NCBI RefSeq assembly: GCF_001194135.2
Contig: NC_068982.1
Location: 60,473,524 to 60,537,523, forward strand
Length of the DNA: 64,000 nucleotides
Direction of reading: 5' to 3'
Source of the DNA: Octopus bimaculoides
Taxonomy: Eukaryota
In this document: piece after piece, positions 52,460 to 64,000 of the stretch
How the letters are laid out: each line of letters begins with the position of its first letter
Numbering within the stretch: the stretch's first letter is position 1
Made by a program: the position numbers and the translations under genes
Notes under the pieces: generated by a model
What the model was told of the DNA's origin: nothing
Database searches by the model: none
Seen by the model: the letters and a program-made list of their open reading frames with translations, nothing else

Positions 52460-53568
52460 TTGTTTTGTCGCATATTCACTATTTTTATTCGTTTAATTTA
52501 TTTGTTTATTATTTTGAGTGGGACGGAGTGGGTGGGTTAGAATTTATATTTGTTTTATTATTACTATTATTATTATTATTATTATTATTTTTCCTCAGCT
52601 TATTATCCCAATTGTTATCCAATTCTAAGGACAGTTTTAAAGTAAATATCGATAGTCTATCTATTTTGTTTGGGGGAGACTGAGTCAGAGATGGGAGCGA
52701 GGAACCAACCGCTTTCTCTACTACGCTACCATCGACTAAATGAATGAATAAATTCATTTTTTTATCTTCATCCCTTGATTTTTAAAAAAACTACTTTCCT
52801 CCTCAATTCCTCCTGTTCTTTTCAATGTTTCTTTCATTCTATCTCTCTCTCTTTCTCTCTCTCTCTTTCTCTCTCTCTCTCTTTCTCTCTCTCTCTCAGG
52901 TCAGCAAGTGACAAGCTGCAGTTGTGTTCTAAATATCAGTTTCGCTTCCTCCGTCAGTGCTGATAATAAACATTGCTAAAATACAGCTGATATGTGTCAC
53001 ACCTCATCCTATGTTTAACTCTGTTGTTATTCGTCGTCAATACTGCTACCTTCTTTGGGATGGAGCTGCATTAGAAGATAGATAGATACATACATACATA
53101 GAGAGCCGAGCAGGTAGACATAGTACGTTTATAGTATAGTTAGAGGTAGAAAGGTAATAGTTATAGATAGGCAGAATAAATAGATGGTAGATAGAAGGGT
53201 AGGTAGATAAATAGTGTGTGTGCGTGAGAGAGAGAGAGAGAGATAGAGAGAAATAAGAAGCTAGAAAATGAATAGGTAAATAAGTAGAAAGACAGATAAA
53301 AGAGTAGACAGATCGCTAAATGGATTGTGGATAGGTAAACTGAAAGAAAGACAAACATGGAGATATATAGATAGATAGATAGATAGATATAGAGAGAGGT
53401 AGACAAATAGACGGACGAGTTGATTGACAGGCATACAGACAGACAAATACGTAGATACAGAGATGGGTAGATTGTCATATAGAAAGACGGGTAGATAGGT
53501 AGATAGATTGATAGACGGACGGACAGACAGGCAGATAGACAGACAGACAGATAGATAGATAGATAGAC

Positions 53569-53623
<55 letters not shown>

Positions 53624-53870
53624 ACTGTCAATTTGAGAAGTGAACGCGTTTCACGTTGTCACAGACACCTTTTTTTAATCACAATTATTACTGACGCAAT
53701 TTATTAGAATTATCTCATACTAAGATAAATATTTTCTTCACCTAACCGTTCTTCCTCTACGTACACACGTTTTCTATCATACCAACACATACTTAGAAGA
53801 TAATATCATATACACGCACATACCGCTCATGCACGCACCATATATTTAAGTGCTGGTGCATCATGTTCCT

Positions 53871-53949
<79 letters not shown>

Positions 53950-55004
53950 TTGTACGCTGTGTACTTAAAGGTAACAGAAAACCAATTCTTTACCAAAGGG
54001 TCCTCTCGTGCCGCTAATGATATTGTAGGCCCATGCCAACTGGACCACATGGCTCCGTTTGTTCTGGCCTATGCATGCATGTATGTATGTATGTGTCCTC
54101 CATCTATCTACCCCTATCTTTAGCTGTTTGACTGCCTCTCTCTCTAAGAATATATATATAGATAGATAGATATAGATAGATGGATAGATAGATAGATAGA
54201 TAGATGGTTATGAATATGTACATCTATAATGTTGACGTTGAAATACGCACACGTTTCTGAGGATGCAATGCATTGCAAAATAAATAAATCTATACACAAG
54301 TTCTGCAGGTCCCAAATAATATATAGATATATATATATATACCAATTCCTGTAATTATGTTGTTGAGATATAATCTAATTTGAATACAGTTATTGTTGTG
54401 ATCGGCGGGGTTTGTGCATGAAATCCGTGTACAGGCCGAACTGTGTGAGGTTTCGGCTTATATTTACACTATCACTCGTATATATATATATATAAGCGGT
54501 GTGTGTGTGTGCTTTGGTAAGGAGAATTCGAGGAAGGGAAGAGGGATGATAGACCCCCAAATTTTGGAGAAGAAAAATCGATTTTCAATAAGCGATGTTA
54601 TGTGACATGATCAGTTTTTCACTTAGTGACCATCATCATACTGCTTGTTATTCATCACGAGCTTAATAAGTTTGTGTGTGTGTGTGAGCGTGTGTCTTTC
54701 TTTCCTCTTGCCGTTTCATCATCATCATCATCAGCAGCAGCAGCAGCATCGGCATCGTCGCCTTCATCACCATCCTCATCATTGGTGTCGTTAAGGTGAC
54801 TGCTACAAGTAATATCGAATCATTTGTTTTAAATAAAGCTATTAAAACGATGACAATGAGAAACGGGGGATGAAAGTTAAATGATGGTGATGCTGGCGCT
54901 GATGCTGATGATAAGGAGGACGTGTTGACTGTGATGACGACGACGAAGAGATGATAATGAAAACCATCATCATCATTATCATTATCATCTTTATTATCAC
55001 CCTT

Positions 55005-55060
<56 letters not shown>

Positions 55061-55330
55061 GACAGGGGACGATGACCAGAAGGGCGATGACCGTGATGAC
55101 ATCGATGATGTAGAGACGATGGCAATGATGATGATGATGATGATGATGGTGATTTAATGATTTAATGATTATAGCACAACGATAAGCCTTGTCGACGATT
55201 GGGGGTTTAGGCTTTACAGGTCGAGTTTGTGACGGACAAATTCATCGTCGTAGACTAACTAGACTCAGAACTATTATTATTGCTGTTGTGACGCTGTTGT
55301 TACCAAGTGATATTGGCTCTTGGGTCGGAT

Positions 55331-55376
<46 letters not shown>

Positions 55377-56017
55377 TGTGTGTGTGTGTGTGGAGAGAGT
55401 GAGCGGGTGAGAGAGAGAGAGAGAGCATGTATGTGCACGCGCACACACATACACNNNNNNNNNNNNNNNNNNNNNNNNNNNNNNNNNNNNNNNNNNNNNN
55501 NNNNNNNNNNNNNNNNNNNNNGTGTGTGTGTGTGTGTGTGAGTTTTATTGATTTTATTTTGAATGTGACATCCCATCCAAGTCTAAATCTTTCTCTCTTT
55601 CTCTTTCTTTCCCCGCTCACCCCCTCCCATGTGTAAGTCTCTGAATCTCTCCCCCCCCCCTCTCTCTCTCTCCCTCTCTTTGTGTCCTCTTTCCCTCTTT
55701 CAAACTACTAGTGCATTTGCAGAAGCGATTGATGTCGCTAAATGACCTCACTTGCCAATGCGACATTCAACTCAAAACAAACCTAGAGAGTCTGACATAC
55801 CAACACACACACGCGCTTGCGCGCGCGCACCAACACTCATTCACACACACACATACACAGACCCCGCACCCATTCACATACACTGACATGTGTACACGCG
55901 TGCTTTTCGGCAGTGCGTGTGCACATGTTCCCATGCGTTCATTTCTGTGTGTGTGTGCACGCGGTTGTATATTGACATTTAGATAGGTAGAAGGAGATTA
56001 AGTAGATAGATAAATAA

Positions 56018-56094
<77 letters not shown>

Positions 56095-56126
56095 TAGGCA
56101 GAGAGGCAGATAGATANNNNNNNNNN

Positions 56127-56180
<54 letters not shown>

Positions 56181-56436
56181 GCAGATAGGCAGATAGATGG
56201 ATAGATAGATAGATAGATAGATAGAAGGGATATAAGCTTTAAGCAGGGCAAATGGCTTCATCATATCATATCATAGCAGGGTTGCCGGCCGCTTTGCCAA
56301 TGTTTTTGCTGGCTCTGACAGGCGTGGGCACGGTGCCGACTGCTGTCTAGTTGACAGTACTCGCGTGCTGGAAACCTCCCCTAAGCATCACCATCATATC
56401 GCATCAAGCACTCTCACATCATATCAGTCGCTTGCT

Positions 56437-56486
<50 letters not shown>

Positions 56487-57425
56487 TGTGCGCGCGCCAC
56501 TCCACCCCTACCCTCCACCCCACAACACTTCCTCTTGCCTGCCTGCCTGCCGCACAGTGGGACGATATATAGATATTACGTACATGTTGATGACGAAAAT
56601 GATAACGATGATGCTGATGATGGCGGTGATGACGACGACGTCGACGACGATGATGATGATGATGATGATGATGACGATGACGACGACGACGATCATGGAC
56701 ATGTAGAGGACGAGGACGGATGAAGCTGGGGAGAAAAAATAAAAGTCACTAGAAAGAGAAAACGATATAAAGTGAAAGAGAGAGAGAAAGAGGCTGACAG
56801 GCAAGAATATACACACACGACGACGACGAAACAGCTTACCCATCCATACATACCAACTGCCCTAAAGTATAGTAGTCGAGAAAGAGACAAGACACACACA
56901 CATTTACTAAGAAGAGACACCGAGAATGTAAACTTTTTTTTTTTTATACATACGCACATATATATATATATATAGATATGTATATCAATGTTGTACGTAC
57001 CAACGTAACACATTCATTATTTTTGCCTGTAAATTATACATCATCGCAAACTCGCACACGCACACATACACACGTCTTGTAATATTTTGAAGATATGTAT
57101 ATACATATATGTGTAATGTATAATACATATATACATTAAAAACAAACACACAAACAAAAAGCACCTGAGACAATTTAGAAAAACGCACATTCACAGTTGA
57201 GGGGAACCAGCAGAAGAAGAAAGTAAAGAAAGAAAGGAAAAAAAAAACACCAACAAATTATAAGTAAATTTTCGTCGTTGTCAAATGTGGCCTTTTTTTA
57301 TCGTCGAGTACATGACATTAAGTGATCAGGAATAGGTCAGAGATGGTACTGCAATTACGGTTGGGATGTTGTCTCAGTTCTCTCCACCAAAGAGTCTTTC
57401 ATGGGCTTGCCAAGGCAGTAATGTA

Positions 57426-57458
<33 letters not shown>

Positions 57459-57540
57459 CATCATTATTATTATTATTATTGAAAGATACGTTGTTTGTTC
57501 ACCCAAAATGAATGTGCGTGTTTGTGGTAGTGTGTTTGGT

Positions 57541-57575
<35 letters not shown>

Positions 57576-58023
57576 CAGAGAGAAGAAGTGTGTGTGTGTT
57601 TGTGTGAAATTTTGAGAAAAGTATCATTGTTTGTCCTATAACAAGTACAAGTGATAAAACGAGGTTATAGGATTAAATCACGAAATAATAATAATTGTAA
57701 AATGCGAGCAAATTGAAAAAAAAAACAAAAAAGAAATAAAGGGATAAAAAGAAGACAGTGATAGAGAGAAAGAGAAGGTGAAAGACAGCGGCAGGATCGA
57801 TATTATGTTACAGTCCCCAAAAATGTTGTTTCTCTTGTCTCCTTGTGTCCTTTTATTCTGCACTTTACATATCTCTAGTGTGGCATCATCGGAGTCGTGA
57901 TTTTTCTCTCCTCTCAGCATCTTCATCTATATATCTCCATGGGTGTCGGGGAAAGAGTGCGAGAGTGTGTGTATGCATATGTGTAAGTAAAAACAGACAG
58001 ACAGACAGATAGATAGATAGATT

Positions 58024-58056
<33 letters not shown>

Positions 58057-59941
58057 ACATACAGATAGGCTAATAAATAAATGGAAAGATAAATAAATAT
58101 GTAGACGGACAGATAGATGGAGAAATAGATAGATAGATAGATAGATAGATAGGTGTTTTTAGATATCTATATGTACACTTTTTAAGTGTGGCGTGTGTCA
58201 GCGCGTGCGGGCGCGTGTATATGTGCGTGCCTGTGTACTTCTTGTAGGTGCCTGTATAGCAATATATGTTTGTGCGTGCGTCTCTTTATGTGTGTGTGTG
58301 TGTGTGTCTGTTAATTTGTCTGTGTGTGTGTGTGAGTATCTGTGTGACTTATTTGTTTCTGCCTGCTTTTACCCCCGCATCACATTCCTCCAGAGGGTCC
58401 GTCTCTGCCTTTGCTACTGCTGCCTACACAATACTACTATTACTGTTACTACTACTACTACTACTACTACTACTATTACTATTACTACTACTGTTACTAC
58501 TGTTTTTGCTGCAACAAGCCTCCTGGTTGTCATCCTCCTTCAATCTGTCTTCCACCCACCAACCAACCCCTCCCACACTTCGTTCTTCTTTATCTTTTGC
58601 GCCCCACCACCCTATCGTTTTAACTCTCTCTCTTTCTCTCTCTCTATTTTTACTATCCATCCCTTTCATCTCTCTCGTCTTTCTGTCACTTTCTATCTGT
58701 CTCCCCTCCCAATAACATAAATTTGTCATGGTCGGTCGGTGTCGCAGAACACAATTACCGTCAGATTGATTGACAAAACGAGAATTTTAATCAAGAGCAT
58801 GCACATTAGCATAACCATATGGTATTAAAGTGCCATCTGTGTCTTTGACTGGAGTGGCACATCATTGATTGATAAAGGAAGAAAATTATGGCCGTTCTGT
58901 ATAGGCATGTCCTTGCCAAGTAGCTGTGACATTCGTCCGCTGCAGTCCTCTCTCACTCTCACATCGGGCTCAGCATCATTGATCCATTCACTACGACGGT
59001 ACTGTACGTTGCTGGCGGGGCCCACTGCATCGGCAACTCGTAAAGCGACCAACGACATAACATAGTAGGGGACGTCAGCTTTGACCCAGTCAGGAATTTT
59101 TACTTCTCTCTCTGTCTTCAACAAGCTGCATCAACGTCTCAAGAGGATAAACCATATTTCTGTTGTGATCCAAGGAAAAACTTGTGGCTGGCGGTAGGAA
59201 TTTCCTTCACCCCTACCTTCGCATTCATACTTAGACTTTTTGTTTCTCTCTCTCTTTTTTTTTTCCTGTCCGTTTTTTTTTTCTTTTTCTTTCTGGTTCT
59301 TTTTGTTCTTGTTCTTCTCCATCCTTCATCTCTATCGACAATAATTGCTTAAACTAATCAACCGTTTAGAGAGCATTTTAATTACACATACAAGGGACAC
59401 AAGAGAATGAATTATTAGTATTCGGGAAAAGGCTTCCTTCTTTCTTTCTTTCTTTCTTTCTCAATGTCTTCGTCCTCTGTGTCGTCTTGTGAATTAGAGA
59501 CGATGATGATGAAGGCTTTGTCATCCCTTGTTTGCTCTGTGGTCATGCTACAAACTCCAAATTAATATTCTCTCTATCGATATGCATCTGTCGTTTTAGA
59601 CGAACACACACACTCTCTCTCGCACACACACACACACACACACATTTGTACACTCTTTCACACATACATTCGTACACGCTTTCTCACACACACACACACA
59701 CTCTTATACTCTCTTTCTCTTACACACTCACTCACTCGCACACATACACACACACACACACACACATACATAGACCCATGCCCTGTCGTATACGAACATA
59801 AACTCATACATGCATATGCACTCACCCATTCTTTTCCTCTCTCTCCTGCTTTCTCTCTTTCTCTCCTTTTGGATGTCCTCTGAGAATGTAAGTTATTGAT
59901 TGTGTCTACTGGTGTTTTCTCTCTCTCTCTTTCTCCCTCTT

Positions 59942-59981
<40 letters not shown>

Positions 59982-60470
59982 TCTCTGTATTTCCTTGTCT
60001 CCTTTTAGGTAGTTGATGGCATTTTTCTTTTCTTTTCTTTTTAATTATAGTTGTTTGTGTGTATATGCATTATTTCCCCCTCGCAAAGTCAAGCGATCAT
60101 CATCATTATTATTTTTATTATTATATATATATATATTTTTTTGATTCAAGGAGTGTGTGTGTGATATTTGTGTGAGAGAGTATAGTTGTCGTCACTATCC
60201 TGACAGTAAGCCTGGAGCTATTCAAACCTAAATTTGGTTTGTCTGCTATCCATTTCACTAGGGTCCCCAGTACTCTGACTGAAATCCTCGACATGCCGAT
60301 ATCCAGCCAGCAATGAAGCCACTTGAGGTAAATATTTTTCTCTTCATATATATATATATATAAATAATATAAACTCGTGGTGTGTATGTGTGTGTGTGTG
60401 CGTGTGTGCATGTGCGCTCGTATGTGTGCATGTGCGCGTATGTGTGTGTGTATTATATATATATATNNNN
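52460..60470. repeat. Microsatellite-dense domain: (TC)n, (GATA/GACA)n, (CAT)n, (GAC)n, (CA)n, (CTA)n
   Basis: Directly visible, e.g. 53340-53620, 54960-55150, 56040-56220, 58430-58500. Confidence 0.9.
58825..59125 (-). CDS. Unassigned ORF of about 100 codons (LLKTEREVKIPDWVKADVPYYVMSL...KTQMAL*), possible terminal exon
   Basis: Stop-free, GC-balanced, non-repetitive, mixed amino-acid composition; only a weak acceptor gttgatgcag|. Confidence 0.3.
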
Positions 60471-61121
60471 NNNNNNNNNNNNNNNNNNNNNNNNNNNNNN
60501 NNNNNNNNNNNNNNNNNNNNNNNNNNNNNNNNNNNNNNNNNNNNNNNNNNNNNNNNNNNNNNNNNNNNNNNNNNNNNNNNNNNNNNNNNNNNNNNNNNNN
60601 NNNNNNNNNNNNNNNNNNNNNNNNNNNNNNNNNNNNNNNNNNNNNNNNNNNNNNNNNNNNNNNNNNNNNNNNNNNNNNNNNNNNNNNNNNNNNNNNNNNN
60701 NNNNNNNNNNNNNNNNNNNNNNNNNNNNNNNNNNNNNNNNNNNNNNNNNNNNNNNNNNNNNNNNNNNNNNNNNNNNNNNNNNNNNNNNNNNNNNNNNNNN
60801 NNNNNNNNNNNNNNNNNNNNNNNNNNNNNNNNNNNNNNNNNNNNNNNNNNNNNNNNNNNNNNNNNNNNNNNNNNNNNNNNNNNNNNNNNNNNNNNNNNNN
60901 NNNNNNNNNNNNNNNNNNNNNNNNNNNNNNNNNNNNNNNNNNNNNNNNNNNNNNNNNNNNNNNNNNNNNNNNNNNNNNNNNNNNNNNNNNNNNNNNNNNN
61001 NNNNNNNNNNNNNNNNNNNNNNNNNNNNNNNNNNNNNNNNNNNNNNNNNNNNNNNNNNNNNNNNNNNNNNNNNNNNNNNNNNNNNNNNNNNNNNNNNNNN
61101 NNNNNNNNNNNNNNNNNNNNN
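60467..61121. other. Largest assembly gap (N-run); others near 4391-4671, 23836-23973, 25142-25287, 37536-37851 and 62191-62580
   Basis: Runs of N, mostly abutting microsatellites. Confidence 0.98.
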
Positions 61122-63340
61122 TTATGATGTCATTCCAATAGAGTGTAGGAAAATATGGATCAGTTTACTTGAAAGATACAGAATCACTTGTGGACTTAGT
61201 ACTGGCTCATCAAATCGCTTCGTCCTTGAGGTTAAGCTTACACTCGAAGGGAGAGGGAGGTGCAGCAAAAGGGGAGGAGAATCAGTTGTAACTGGGTGGG
61301 GTGGGGGGAGGGAATCTAGAGAAGCGATTCTAAAAATTTCTAGCGTTGGCAGTTGTTGAGATGAATTAGACTTCCCCCCTCGAGGGCCTGTCACAGAGAG
61401 CGTGTGGTGGTTGTTCCACTCTGCTCTGTCTGTCATAGGGCCCGTTGTTGTCCATTGAGAGAAACCATCCCCTTCTTATTGATTGATATTGATCTAGCGC
61501 ACTAATTATTGTAGATTGTGGCTGCTCAACCACTCAGAAGCGGTGTGTGCATTCTCGATTATGAACCTCTACTTGTGACATGTGCCTGCTTGCAGCATAC
61601 CATGCATGTTTATGAGACCAAACACAAAGTGCGATTTCAAAAGCAACAGACACCAAGTAGTAGTCATTATAACAGGATATGACAGTTGGCTGCCAATTTT
61701 TTGGCACAGGCTGCAGTTTAATTATAGTGATGGGACTTGGCGATCTACCTTTTAGAAACAATAGGAAGATGAAGAGGAGAGAGCTTTGAATGGACCAAAC
61801 CAAGAATCCGACTATATTCATGATGACAAAGATCTGAAGAACTTTTAAAAAAGGCATGTCACGACTGAATCTTTTATATCCAAAGTTAGCACGCATTTGG
61901 GAAAGATTTATTTGAAGTTGCAGCTGTGCCAGAAGTAAATTGACTAGAAGATGCATTTAACTTGTGAACATTTAAGGATTAGAATTCTATAATTACTAAA
62001 GGTGTTTCTCTCAATTTTTTTTTTTTTTTTGAAAGTATTAAATTTATCAAGAACACCACTTAAGGCTTTTTTTTTTCCCCAAAAATTTTCATAGATCTTA
62101 ATCTCTTAAAGAGATATTGAAAATAAACATATATTAGTAAATAAATTTAAAGGAGAAGAGAAAAAAAAAAATAAACAAGCATCATGGTTTNNNNNNNNNN
62201 NNNNNNNNNNNNNNNNNNNNNNNNNNNNNNNNNNNNNNNNNNNNNNNNNNNNNNNNNNNNNNNNNNNNNNNNNNNNNNNNNNNNNNNNNNNNNNNNNNNN
62301 NNNNNNNNNNNNNNNNNNNNNNNNNNNNNNNNNNNNNNNNNNNNNNNNNNNNNNNNNNNNNNNNNNNNNNNNNNNNNNNNNNNNNNNNNNNNNNNNNNNN
62401 NNNNNNNNNNNNNNNNNNNNNNNNNNNNNNNNNNNNNNNNNNNNNNNNNNNNNNNNNNNNNNNNNNNNNNNNNNNNNNNNNNNNNNNNNNNNNNNNNNNN
62501 NNNNNNNNNNNNNNNNNNNNNNNNNNNNNNNNNNNNNNNNNNNNNNNNNNNNNNNNNNNNNNNNNNNNNNNNNNNNNNNNATATCATTTATTTCATTACT
62601 TTTATCCATATTTTTATTGTTTTCGTTCATGGGGAAGTGATGAATGAGTGAGTTCTCTTCAATAAAGTTATTCATCTCGTCTTTCTTTCTTTCTTTCTTT
62701 CAATGCAGTAAAGAAAACAAAAAAGAAAAGAAAAAACAATTAACTCCATACAATTGGAAACTTTCTTTAGCACAAAAGTTCTTTTTCACTTTTTTCATTT
62801 TCAATTTCCAATAAGTAAAAGAAAAACAAAAGAAAAAGAGAGCAAAAAGGGATTAATTAGATTTGTAATCTAAAATAATACAGTGAAGAATGATATTTGT
62901 CAAGGGGGTTATATATTTTTCACTTTCTAAAATTCCATTTGTTGATTCTTGTGGCTTAAGTACCCCCACTTCCAGTTGTGTTTTCTTCAGTGTTATTTAT
63001 CTCTTTTCTACCTTTATCATTTCTCCTCACCAATCACTCAAAGCAGCTATTGTAGTATTATTATTGTTAAGAAACAAAATGACAACTAATATTAAGTTCT
63101 GCAGTATTTTATCAGAAAATATTTTATTTCATATTAATTTATTCTAAAATATAAAAATTAAAACAATAGAGAGAAAAATAATTTACTGTTTCAACTTTTA
63201 TCTTGGTCTTTTAGCATAAAACATAACTTTTCTTTCTAAATATCCATAGATGATCAATTTCTGTAATATCTTCAGTTTCTAGTTTCTTCCAAAATAGTGT
63301 TTCAGAATTGGAATTTTATTACTTTTTTTTTTTTTTCCAG

Positions 63341-63384
63341 AAAGTGGCTGTTTAGTTTGCAATAAAGTCCATACTATCTTTATG
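63341..63384 (+). CDS. Candidate exon (44 nt), SGCLVCNKVHTIFM
   Basis: Long poly-T acceptor ...ttttccag|, donor ATG|GTCAGT, one open frame. Confidence 0.25.
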
Positions 63385-63614
63385 GTCAGTAGTTTAAAGA
63401 AAGCTAAAATTCTTTGGAGATATAAGCATTTAAGATAGTTTATTATAAGTTTTCAAAATGATGTAAGTTCCTCTCATTTTTAGAACGTTTATATTCACTG
63501 AAGCTACATTAAGTGATCTTTATTATAAATACAACTTATTTTATTGCTATATCTGAAGAAAGTTATCGCTTTAAAAGTTTAGAAACACTGAGTATATTTG
63601 AAATATCATGCATA

Positions 63615-63677
<63 letters not shown>

Positions 63678-63934
63678 TTTACAAAGGTTTACTTTTTATT
63701 TTCAAATTCTATGATTAGCTGAGATAGATACAAAAAAATGATGTGTCCTTTTTTATTAAGTTCTAACAATAAAAGTTCTAACTTTTATTAAGTTCTTTTA
63801 TTAAGTTCTAGCACATGTTTACATGTTCATTTGTATTGATAAATGTCCCTAGCTTCTTACACACAAAGTCATGTAGTGAAATAATCTTCAAGTAAATTAA
63901 AGTATACATATCATTTATCTATCTATCTGTCTGC

Positions 63935-63966
<32 letters not shown>

Positions 63967-64000
63967 TTATCTATCTATCTATCTGTCTATCTATCTATCT

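Noticed and set aside
2660-58729. Many ORFs rich in poly-D/E/M/H/I/Y or CV/YI/HT dipeptides, and ORFs full of X
   Set aside because: They are translations of microsatellites or N-gaps, not genes
52380-58860. ATGGCACT seeds (52382 plus, about 58830 minus) reminiscent of miR-183/263/228
   Set aside because: Only the seed matches; no pre-miRNA-length hairpin

Overview
AT-rich eukaryotic genomic DNA from a draft assembly with N-gaps. The repeat families present suggest a coleoid cephalopod, probably Octopus (inference, not verified). No protein-coding gene could be identified by homology from memory, and almost all ORFs in the supplied track are microsatellite or N-gap artefacts. Bases 1 to about 48.5 kb are CpG-depleted and packed with decayed mobile elements: tRNA-headed SINEs, RTE, R4/Dong-like and HERO LINE 3' ends, a Penelope GIY-YIG remnant, two Tc1/mariner remnants, a piggyBac-like MITE and two DINE-1/Helentron-like elements. 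This half looks like the methylated body of a minus-strand gene whose exons I can only guess. At about 51.9-52.1 kb two head-to-head GTAAGT donors and a YY1-type AAAATGGCGG motif mark a likely bidirectional promoter. Bases 52.3-62 kb are CpG-retaining, lack recognisable SINEs, are rich in microsatellites and contain enhancer-like unique islands. The most striking small structure is a decayed type I minimal hammerhead ribozyme fold with a stem I of about 36 bp at 13468-13570. I found no evidence for a wholly new multi-gene system. All repeat family names come from motif recognition and need database confirmation.
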